Positions 50,101 through 62,100 of a stretch of 64,000 nt of DNA are shown here, in pieces. The stretch lies in assembly GCA_031414535.1 (NCBI GenBank), contig JANNVQ010000005.1:1-64000 (forward strand). The letters run 5' to 3'. The position numbers were made by a program, and so were the translations under genes. The stretch is from Gemmatimonas sp. Lineage in GTDB: Bacteria > Gemmatimonadota > Gemmatimonadetes > Gemmatimonadales > Gemmatimonadaceae. The notes beneath the pieces are model-generated. The model was given only the letters and a program-made list of their open reading frames with translations. It did not search any database and was not told where the DNA came from. Each line of letters starts with the position of its first letter. Position 1 is the first letter of the stretch.

Positions 50101-53100
50101 CCGTGACCATTGGCGCCTTTGTTCCCGGCCTCACGCCGGCCACCGTGCAGTTCACGGCCACGGGCTTGCCCGCGGCAGCGGCCAGCTTTGTCGTCGTCTC
50201 GGGTGATGCACAGACAGCGCCTGCGGGCGGCGTGGCTGTACTGCCAGTGGTCGTCCGCGTGATTGACGCCTACGGCAACAATAGGCCGGGTGTCGCGGTG
50301 ACGTTCAGCAGCTCGGGCGATCTCAGCTTCAGTACGCCGAATGTCGTCAGCGATACGAACGGCCTCGCATCAACCAACGTGATTGCGGGCGGTACGCTCG
50401 GGCTGCAGACCTTCTATGCGCAGACCGCGGGTGTGACAGACCGCGCCTTGACCGTGACGATCGTGCCCGGCGCCCCGGCGGCGATCGTGATTGTCGCTGC
50501 GCCGTCCAACACGGTGGCCGGCGTCGCACTCGGCACGTTGAACGCCGAAGTGCGCGACGCCCTCGGCAATCTCGTGACGGCGTTCACGGATTCGCTTGAT
50601 GTGGTGATTGAGTCTGGACCGGGTGGGGCCACACTGAGCGGCGACCTCCGCGTCGCAGCTGTCGGCGGCGTGGCGACGTTTACGACGCTCTCGCTGGAGA
50701 GCATCGGCGACTACAGCCTGCGCGTCGAACGGGCCGGCTTGAGTTCCGATACCACCGCGACTCTTACCGTGACGGCTGCTGCGGCTGACTCCATGAGCTA
50801 TGTCTCAGGAACGGCGCAGTCCATGCTGCCCGAAGCCGAGGCGGCGGACAGTCTCGTGGTGCGAGTGCTCGACGCGTTCGGTAATCCGGTGGCCGGCGAG
50901 TCCGTGACGTGGGCCGTGAGCCTCGGTACCGCATCCTTGTCGGGAGTCGTCGTCCCAACTGATGTGGACGGCTACTCGCGCGTATCGCTCACGGCAACGC
51001 AGACAGCGGGCGCCGGCGAAGTCACCGCTGCAGTTGCGGGCCTGACTGGCTCACCTGTGAGCTTCTCGTTCACCACGACGGCCGCGAGCGCCGCGCGCCT
51101 CGCCTTCACGGTGAATCCGTCCACCGATAGCGCCGGTGGCTCGCAGGCTTTCCAGCTGCGCGCCCTCGATACCTTCGGCAACCTGGCCACGTCGTTCGTC
51201 GGCACGGTCACCGTGAGCGTAGACTCTGGTCCGGCGAGCCCCGCGCTCACGGGCACCTTGGTTGATGGTGCGGTGGGTGGCGTGGCGGACTTCACCGACT
51301 TCGGCAGCCTCACGGCCGGTGTGTATCGCCTGCGGGCGAGCGCGGCCGGTGTCGCTGACACGGTGAGCGCCAACTTCAGCATCTTGCCCGCGTCGCCGTC
51401 GGCAATCGCAGTTGATGCAGGTGATGCACAGTCGGCAGCAGTGGGTTCTGCGCTCGCGACCCCGTTGCGCGTGCGGCTCGCGGATATGTACGACAACCCT
51501 ATCGCCGCTGCGACGATTGATTGGTCAGTCCTCTCCGGTGATGTGACGCTCGGCGGCCTCACGTCGGTGACCGACGCCGCGGGCCTCGCGACCAACACAG
51601 TGCTCTTGGGCGGCACGCCTGGCAGCTTCAGCATCCGCGCAGTGAGCGCGGCCGCCAATGACACGGCTGTATTCATGGGTACGAGCACGGCCGGTGCAGC
51701 CAGCACGCTCGTACTGACTGCGGAGCCGGTCCTTATGACGGCGGGCGATGCTTCTGCCACGTTCACGATCGAAGCCCAGGACGCGCTCGGCAATCTGGCG
51801 ACGAGCTTCGTTGGCCCGGTGACGGTGGATATCCTGAGTGGCCCGACCGGCAGCTTCGCGGCTGGCACGCTCAATCCGTCGGCGACGCTGGGGGCCGTGA
51901 GCTTCACTGATTTGGTCCTCAACACGAGTGGCAATTACGTACTGCGCTTCTCTACGGCATTCGATACCGTGACCACCGACCCTCTCACGGTGGTGGGGGC
52001 GGCAGCAGAAGCGCTCAGCGTCAGCATCGAGCCGAGCGGCGCCGTTGCCGGGGTCACACTTGCAGCGGTGCAGGTCGTCGCGCGTGACGCGTTCGGGAAC
52101 GACGCGACATCTGCGGGCAATGAGGTCACGGTATCCGTGCTGACCGGCCCGGCGGGCAATCCGCTGACAGGCACGCTGCAGCGCTCGCTCAGCACCGGTG
52201 TGGTTGAGTTCACCGACCTCGGCCTCACCACCGCGGGCGAGTATACGCTGCTGTTCTCCTCGGCGGGCCTCGCGAGCGATACCAGCGCAGCGTTCACGAT
52301 CACGGCCGCGGCGGCCAGCGAACTGGCGGAAGTCTCCGGCAGCAATCAGACGGTTGCAGTGAACGCGACGACCCCAGATTCACTCGTGGTCCGCGTGCAG
52401 GACGAGTACGGCAATGGTGTTGCCGGGCAGACGGTCAACTGGGGGGTGACCGGCGAGGCGTCCCTGTCCGCTGCGACCTCTGTGACTGATGCCAACGGCG
52501 AGGCGTTCGTGTTCGCGTCGATGGGCAACAGCACTGGGGCCGACATCATCGAGGCGAGCGTGTTCGGTCTCACCAACTCGCCAGTGTCGTTCTCGGTGAC
52601 GGTTGTGGCGGGTGCGCCGGTGCGACTGATCATTCAGGGCACGCTGTCCAGCGCGACCGCGGGAGTTATTGGCCCAGTCACTGTCAACGCTGTTGATTCG
52701 GAGGGCAACATTGCCCTGCCGTTCACGGGCGAAGTGCGGGCGCGCATCGTCACTGGCCCCGTCGGCGCTCCCATCTTCGGCGATAGCGTGCTCAACGCCA
52801 CGGCTGGGACGGTGACCTTCTCGGCGCTGCAGGCCTTGATTGCCGGCCCGTACACCTTGGAGTTTGTGTCGGCTGGCCTCTTCCCCGACACCAGCAACGC
52901 GTTCAACATCACGCCGGATATCGCGACCAACCTGAATCTCATCTCGGGTAACACGCAGACGGATACGGTATACAGCACGTCGGACACGCTAATCGTGCGC
53001 GTGACCGACCAGTACGGCAACGGGATTGATGGTGCAGCTGTAAGCTGGAACCTCGCCATCGGTGGCGGAGTGCTCACGCTCCAGCAGACCGAAGCGGACG

Positions 53101-56100
53101 TGGACGGCTACGCGCGTGCGCTTGTCACCCACGGCGGTACGCCCGACGTCATAACTGTCGAAGCCAGTTCCGGAACGCTGATTGGCTCGCCGGTGAGCTT
53201 CACGCTCACCGCTACACCAGCTCCTGCGACATCACTCCGGGTTGTCAGCTCGCCGGCGACTGTCGTTTCTGGTGCGACCGGCGAGGTCATCGCGGTCGAG
53301 GCCGTTGACGCGTACCTCAATCGGGATACGACGTTTGTGGGTCTCGTGACTTTGAGCGCGTCGGATACACCGCCTGGCTCCACCCTTGGTGGGACCCTGA
53401 CGGCGACCGCGGTGAACGGACTCGCGACATTCAACGCGTTCTCGTTGGACTTGATTGGCGACTACACGCTCGATGTGCAGAGCGCGACGGTGACTGCGAC
53501 GTTCGTCAACATCACGGTCTTGGCTGGTGCGCCAGCGAATCTGAGCGTCATCTCCGGTGACACCCAGACTGGGTTCACCACCTTGGCGCTGGTTGATCCG
53601 CTGTTGGTGTCCGTCACCGATGCTGCAGGCAATGCAGTCGCAGGCGACACCGTGGTGTTCACCGTGCTCACGGGCGGTGGCAGCGTTTCGACGGACTCGG
53701 CAATCACCAATGGGGATGGACAAGCCAGCACGAACTGGACGCTCGGAAGTCTCGTGGGTGTGCAGTCGGTACAGGCATCAGCGGTTGGGACTACGCCAGT
53801 AACCTTTGCAGCGACGGCGGGGCTGCCGTCCTTCGAATGGACGGGCAACGCTACGGACGGCGTTTGGTCCAATCCCGGCAACTGGATTGATGGTGTGGTG
53901 CCCGGTGCGACCAGCGTCGTGCTCATCCCCGAGACTATTGATCATCCCACCAGCATTGCAGCAGGTCAGTATGCTGAGCTGACGGTCATTGAGACGTCGG
54001 CAATCTCCTTGGATGGCGTTGTCACCGTCACGGGTTCCGTGACCGCACCGCTGGGCCTTGAGCAAGGACTGACCTGTGGCACCGGTGACTCCCTCATCGT
54101 GTCGCCGGCAGGGGCGGCGAACCTCGGTGGCGGCCTTGCCTGCCCAATCGTGATCACGAGCGGTACGGTCACGCTATCCGAATTGAGCGAGTTCAACTCC
54201 CTCACGATCTCGGGTGGCGACTTCAGTGTGGGAGAGAACGAGGTGACGATTGGCGGAAGCCTCGTCACGTCAGGAACTGGCACGGTGCACATGACCGACG
54301 CGCTGGGCCTCCTGCGCGTGGACGGCTCGGCGACTTGGGGCGGCGGCAATCTGACGGGCATGCTCACGGCCGGTCGGTTCGAGGCGCGCAGCGGCTTCAG
54401 TGTGACTGCCGACAACGGATTTGCGGCCAGCGGCAGCCACCGCACCGTGCTCGGCGGCAACTTCCTTCTCGACTTCTATACCTTCGCGCTACCGGCCTCG
54501 CTGGGCCACAGGTTCGGCATCCTTGAGTTGGCCCCGCAGAGCCTGCAGCATGCAGTTGGCACGGCCAACCGCATTGATGCGGATTCGCTCCTCATGCCGA
54601 GCGGCGGCACCTTGGTGATGACGACCGCTAGCGACACGGTGCGCGTCAGCGGCTCTGTGCGCACGTCGAACAGCGCCAGCATCGACGCCTCGTTGCTCGA
54701 GGTGGGCGGCAGTTACAGCTATCCGGGTATCGCGGTGATTGATACCGTGGTGTTCACGGGCATTGGCCAGCGTCTCCCGTTCTCGTCTGAAACGGGCGTC
54801 GTGCACAGCTTCCAGGACGTGTTCATTGAAGGAACGGTGCAGACGCTTGCCACTGCAGGCGATTCGCTGGTGGTCCCCAACGTCCTCAACGTCCGCGGCA
54901 CGGGTAGCTTGCGCTTCGGGCAGGACGGCGGCGTGCAGACCAGAGCGCGTATCGGCGTCCTGCGGACGGTCCAAGATGGCGTGGTTGGCATGCAGAACGC
55001 TGGCGACTCCGTGTACGTCTCGATGGAGGCCAACTTTGCCGGCGGCAGCACCGCGGGCCTGCTGACCAACGGCACGCTGATCGTCGGCGGCACCCTCTCG
55101 CAGCTCGCCATCGCCTCCACGGAATCCTTCTCGGCCAGCGCGGATCACCTGACCATCGTCCGGCCTGCGTCATTCGCTGAACTGTACTTCATGAACCCGG
55201 GCACAGGCGCCGGCACCTCTGGTATCGCGTCCTTGCGGATCGAAGAGGACAACCTGGCGATTGACACCGTGTTCTTCAGATCTGATGTGCACGTGCGCGG
55301 CATGCTCTTGGATGCGCCGACCGACACCATGGTCCTCGCATCCAACAACGCGACCCAGCGCACGCTCGAGAGCTGGGGCGCCGACGTTGGCGGCCTGCGC
55401 TTCTCACGTGTGAACTGGCGCATCACAGGTCAGGCCGCATTCACCGGCGCGGACGACCTGCTCTTCACGGATCAGGATTCCACCGTCACGCAGTTCGAAC
55501 TGCGCGGGGCCGACGCCACAGTCAGCATGAGCAACGTCACCTTCTTCGTGCCGCCTTCAACGGGCAGGTATCTGAGGCTTGAGGACACGAACGGTGGCGC
55601 TCCGTTCACGCTGAACACCAGCAACTGGTCGCCAGGCTTCCACAACAGCGCGATCAGCTTGGTTGGCGGCGCGCTGCTCACTGGCTGGGCCGAGTTCCCG
55701 GCGTTCACGTGGGTGGGTGGCACGAGCACGGACTTCGGCACGGCTAGCAATTGGCTGGCCAACCGCATTCCAGGCGCCGGCGACTCCATTGTCGTCACGC
55801 CGGGTGCCAGCAACACGCTCACCATCACCGGGGAGCGCTCGCTTGGCTCACTGTACTTGGCCAGCGGCGCGGCGCTCATCGTGCAGGACACGCTGATCGT
55901 GGCCGGTAGCTTCAACACCGAAGCGGGATCGCTGAGCTGCGTGTTTGGCGGCAATGCCATCCGCATCCAGAACGCCTCGGGTACGCCGCGCGACCTCTCC
56001 TTGGCCGGCACGGACTGTAACGTCTTCATCGAAGAGGGCACGTACGACCTACAGGGTGCAAGTGCCAGCGCGCGCAACCTCACCGTGAACGGCACTGGTT

Positions 56101-59100
56101 ACCTGAACCTGAACAACCGGCGCCTCGAGACTGCGGACAACTTCGGAACCCTGAACACGGGCCGCATCGAGATGAACGAGGCGGGTGACTCGCTGATCGT
56201 CGGCGGTCAGGCGTTCTTCCAAGGCGGTAGCACGACCGGGCTCATCACGGATGGCTTCATCTACGTGAGGAACACGTTCGCGCAAGGCGGTCTGACGGCC
56301 TCTGCATTCCGCGCGTCGGGCACCAATAGAGCGGTCATCGGCGACACGCTGACGGCCTTCGCGGATAGCGTTGACTTCAGCTTCAGCAGACCCGACAGCT
56401 CGTGGTTCAACAACGTACGCGTGTTCAATGGTCCCTGGACCATTGATAACGCCGTGCGTGCGCGCGTCCTCACGACCGTCGGCGGCGCCACGCTGACCGG
56501 CGGCGGCATCCAGACGGACTCGATTCTCACCTTCTCATCTGGCTCAACGGTCGCACTCCGGCGCATCACCACGCTCGGCAGCTTCTTCCCGAGCAACAGC
56601 TTTGCGGTTGATACCATGAACTTCATGGGATCATTGATTGGCCCTGAGCAGGTGATTCCAGCGCTGGCAAGCGGGAGCACCTATAGGACCGTCAACGTCT
56701 ACAATAACGCACGCATTCAAAGCGCCGCGCCTCAAGTCTTCAGAGTCGCGCAGCGCCTTGAAGTGTTCAACGGCCAGTTGAACGTGCAGCCGCAAACTGA
56801 AGGTGGCGGCCCCGTTTCGATCGCGGCGGACACGGCGGATCTCATCATCGGTGGCAGTGGCCGCCTCGCGATGAGGACCACTGGTACCGTCTCAGTGGAT
56901 AGCGCGCACTTTGGCGGATTGTCCACGAGCGGCTACATGACGGACGGTCGCTTGCAGATTCGCGGCGCCCTCGTGCAGCGCAGTGACGTAAGCGGTGAAT
57001 CCTTCCGCCCTGACAGCGCCCACATCACGGTGTTCCGCGACAGCGTGTTGGTGGACATTCAGGACACGGTCAACAGCAAGCCCGCGTATGTGGAATTCGG
57101 CGATAGCCTCGTGATGACGCTCAAGTCCAACCTTGAGATCTACGGCACCCTGACGCGCCAAGCGGGCATCAGCGACAGCGTGGTCATCAAGTCTGACGTT
57201 CTGACGGGCGCCCCACGCCGCCTCTTGGTCACCGGCGCCACTATGCTCGACCAGAGCGGCACCGAGCGCACCGTGTTCCGTAACGTGGCCTTGGCAATAA
57301 TCCAAAACTCTGCGGTGACTCCGACGTCCGCGGAACTGAACAACGTCACGTTCACGAATATGGATCCGGAGGCGACGCAGCTGGATCTCACGCAGTATCT
57401 CGGCTACACCTCGAGCTTCAGCCGGATTGATTTCGCTACGCCGGTGACAACGGGCAAGTACTTCGATCTTGCAGGCACGAGTACGGTGAGCTTCTCCACT
57501 ACGACTCCGTCGGTGGGTTGCATCAACGCGCCTGAGGGCTGTTTTGGTCCGCGGTCGGAGCCGAGTGCGGGGGTCGAGAACGTGTTCATCGGCGACAACG
57601 GTGACGACTGGGGGAATTTCGCCTTCTGGTCCTTGGGTCGCGTCCCCACGTCCTATGACAACGTGACCCTCGTTGGCGGTTCCATCCCGTTCCTCCCCAA
57701 TAGCGGAATTACCAGGTACGTGAACAACCTCACGATCGATCCGAGCGTGAGTTTCTTCATGGACGCTGCGGAGCTGGTGCTGCGCGGCAATCTCTCGGTG
57801 GGAGCGGGTGCTGGCATCTTCGGAGTGTCGGGCAGCATAGTCCGCATGCAGCCCAATCCGGGGAGACCCGTCACACTCGGCGGCGGCGGAAACATTGACG
57901 ATGTGGCGCTGTTTATCTCGGCTCCCGAGAGCGGGACTGACAGTACGGTCACTCTCGTTGGCGGTGGCCTTGATGTGAGTGGTACCGTGACCGTCGAAGG
58001 CGGCCGCTTCGACATCGGCGGCCAGACGCTTCAGGTGGGCAGCCTCGCCACCACGGGCACCGGCCGCTTCTCGATGCTCACGGCCACCGACTCGGTGTAC
58101 GTGATCGGCAATGCCAGCTTTGCTGGCGCCTCAACCGACGGCCTGCTCACCAACGGCAAACTGGTGGTCGGTGGCGATATCAGCCAGACCACTTCGGCCA
58201 CGGCGTTCGCAGCATCGAGTAGCCACCAGACCTACCTGTTGAGCGGCGGCACCGCGCTGAACTTTGCTAACCCCGGCACGAGCGCCTCGCATTTCGGAAA
58301 CCTGATAATGCTGTCGGCAGATTCGCTCGGGCTGCTCTCCGACGTCTTTGTGAATGGAGTTGTTGATGCAACCACGGGCAACCTCCCCGTAGCCGCCGGA
58401 GCAACGAATCGCTTGCTGCAAGCCAGCGGCATCTCGACCTCCGGAGCCTTCCTCTTTAGCAACGTTCGTTTGCGTCTTGTGGACGGTGCGGCGTTCAGCT
58501 TCTTGAACGCCATGTACTTCTATACGATGGATCCCACGGTTGACTACCTGACAATTGATCGCAGCGGAGGCGCCGTCTCGCTGCCCCAGATGTCGTTTAG
58601 CACCATACCGACCACAGGCAAGTACGTGGTCGTTATTGACACGGTGAGCAATGCGGATGACCTCGTCGTGACGATAAACGACGTGCTCTCCGGGGGTCAC
58701 GGCGGGTACATCGACTCCGTTGGCGTGGCGCGCATCGTCGGCTGGGACCAGCTGGCATCGTACACATTCACTGGCTCAGCGAGCAACGACCTCGGCGACC
58801 CCGCCAACTGGGACGCCGGCATCCTGCCCAGCGCGACGTCCAACGTGACGATTGCAAACGTGTTTCCGGCGGATCCCGTCACCCTTGGCGGCCTTTCTTA
58901 CCGCTCACTGACGATTGCGAGTGGGGCACAGGTTACCATCAATGCGCCGATCACTGCAACCAGGAGCGTCGCTCTCACTGCAGTACCGGCCTGCACGTCC
59001 AACGGCCGCCTAAACCTCCAAGGTGATGGAGGTACTCGGACCCTCGCCGGCTCGGCACCGACTTGCGCAGTGCAGATGACGAACGGCGCATTCGTTCTTG

Positions 59101-62100
59101 CCGATTCTGCGGAATTCCGCTCGCTCACCATCGGCAACGACGCACAGCTACTGCTCTTTAACGACACACTCGTGGTCACCGACAGCCTCGCGATTGTCGG
59201 CAGCGGCCGCATGCAAATGGACGACTCTCCGACCGAAGTAACCGTGCAGGGCATCGCGCGCTTCACGGGCACGGGATTCAGCAACTTGAACGGCGGCACA
59301 CTGAATGTGTGGAGCGCGTTGGAAGTCGGTGCACAGTTGGCTGCGCCGACCACGAGGCTGGTGCTTGGCAATCCAAACGTGGCCACGACTGTCACTGCGC
59401 GGACCTCAGTGACTCTGGACCAAGGTTTCGACAGCGTGTTCGTGCTCAACGGGACGCTCAACATCCTCGATTCGCTCTTGGCGCGCCGCTACCTCGGCAC
59501 CCTCGGCAGCAACATTACCGTTACTGGCGGCACACTGCGGGTCGGCAGCTATGACGATTTCATTGATGGCACACTTGACCTTGGCGCAACCGGTGACCTC
59601 ACGGTCAATCACCTGGCGCTCTTCGGTACGATTGGCTCGGTGGACGGCTTCAGCGTTGACACGACGAGCTTCCTCGGCCAGCAATCCGGACCGCAGGAGA
59701 TCCCCGCAGCGAACGCTGCGAGTACCGCGCTCAACTATGGTCGGGTGCGTGTGTATGCGGACGCAATCATGAACCAGGTCCCGACTGGCATTCCGTTCGC
59801 CTATACCATCTCCGACGCGCTTGAGGTGCTCGTCGGGCAACTGACGATTGGCGACTCTGTGACGCTCGATACCGTGTACGTGAACATGCCGAGCGCGGAC
59901 CTCGTGGTGTATGGTGCCGGCGCGCGGGTATTGATGACCCATCCGTCCCGTGTGGTCGCGGACAGCGTGCACATCCAAGGCAGCGGGGAGTCGCAGTTCC
60001 TGGATGGACGGGTTGTCACGCGATCGTTTGCGCAGCTTACGTATGACAATCCGCTTGCACTGATGTTGACGTCCTCGGGACCTCACACGGTGGACTTCCT
60101 GCCGAATGGAACCGTCTACTTCCAACAGACGGACCAGGCAAAGCTGGCCAACGTGCGCTTCACTGGAGGAGGGGTCACGACGTTCCCGACTTCGATGTAC
60201 GCCACTTCGATCGGTCGCGTCAACCAGACCGACGGCATCGTCACGCTCAGCGGGGGTCGAATCTTCGCAAACGGCACGAACTTCGACATAACCAACAGCG
60301 GCCTTGTGATGGACAACACGGGACTGTCGTTGCAGTCGGGGCCGTCCGGACCCGTCGGCGGGAGCTTTACGCTGAACAACGTAACGTTCCGGAACTGGAA
60401 TCCCAGTAGAGTGGATGACGCGCTCTGGGTCTACTTCGAGGCCCCATACGCTGCCACCTTCACCAACATCACATTCGACTATCCACAGCCTGCTTCCGGT
60501 TACTACTTCCGGAACTTCGTGACGAGCCAGGGAACGGTCACCTTTGTGAACGCCTCGCCGAGCTTGGATTGCTTGGCGGGCACTTGCAACCCTAGCGACA
60601 TCGCACCCTCTGGTGCGCCGGCTGGTCTTACCACGTGGGATGGGTCGGAGAGCAATATCTGGACCGACGCTGGTAACTGGAGCAATGGGGTACCGAACGC
60701 CGGCACCAATGCCGTGATCCCGACTGGCGTGTCGCCGGTTCCAACTCTCTTCAGCAGCGCGCAGGTTAGGAGCCTTTCAGTCGAGACCGGGGCGACTCTG
60801 CAGGTTGACGCAGGCGATACGCTGCACGTGTTCGGCGACCTCGACGTGGATGGCACGGTCTCTGGTGCGGCCTACTCGTCGGTGCTTCGGATGCGGACGG
60901 GCAGCGCCGGCGCCACGCTCGCGGCGACGGGATCAATTCGCCTCCCGCTCTTCATTTCCGCGGCCACTGGCTCGGACACGGGAACGGTCTCCTTGCTTGA
61001 CGTCGTGAATGTTGACACGTTGCCGACATTTGGCGCCTTCAACGGCGGCGTCCGCGTCCTCGGCGGTACGCTCCATATGAACGGGCAGGACCTAGTGACG
61101 AATGGATCGTTCCGTACGCTCGGAACGGGCCGCCTGCGCATGGATATGGCTACGGATAGTCTACACGTCGGATCCTGGGTGATTTTTGACGGTGCGTCTA
61201 CCGACGGTATGATCACAGATGGCGTAATCGTGGCACTCGATGACTTCCTCCAGGACGCGACAAACAGCCCGTACTCGTTTGTCGCTACTGGTAACAACCG
61301 CGTTGTGCTGTACGGCAGCAAGGACGGCGACGTGGAGTTCCAGAGCGGCGGACCGAGCGGCTCACGTTTCGCGCACTTGGTCTTTGACAAGCTGTCTGGC
61401 CCGGGCCTTTTCTTCTTCAACAATTCTGGAAACGCGACGCCTACCTACGCGAGCACGTTCCACTACGAGTCGGGTGACGTCTGGCTGGATCAAGGCTCGT
61501 TGATTGTGAGCAGTACCGTCACATCGGCAAACCCGTCCAATACTTGGACGCTCGCAGATGAGACCAGTTTGGTGGACTTGCAGGGCGTGAATCAGACCAC
61601 CTGCGATGGCCTCTCATTCACCGTCGAGAACCTCCCACAGTTGTTCCAGCCGAATAGCTGCTATTCGTTGCCGGCGAGCAGTACTTGGAACGGGTTGTCG
61701 AGCACCAATTGGGATGACGCGGGCAATTGGTCAGACGGAGTACCGAGCGCCGTGACCGGCGCAGTGATTCCTGCTGCGCCCGCCAATCAACCGACCGTCA
61801 GGTTCAGCACGCTGGTGGGGCCGTTGACGGTTGAGGCTGGTGCGACCTTGACCCTTAACTCCTTCCGTACACTGGACATCTTCGGCTCGCTGGATGTGGC
61901 TGGAACGGTCAACGCAGGCAACACCGACTCGAAGTTGAGAATCCGTTCCTCATCAGCAGAAACAAGAACGCTCGCGGCACCAGGCTCCATCGCCACGCGC
62001 TTGGAAATCGACGTCGGTCTGAGCGGGGACGAAGGCACGGTGCAGTTGGCCGGTCCCGTGAACTTGACGGCAACGAACTTCCAGTCAGGGCTCTACTTGA

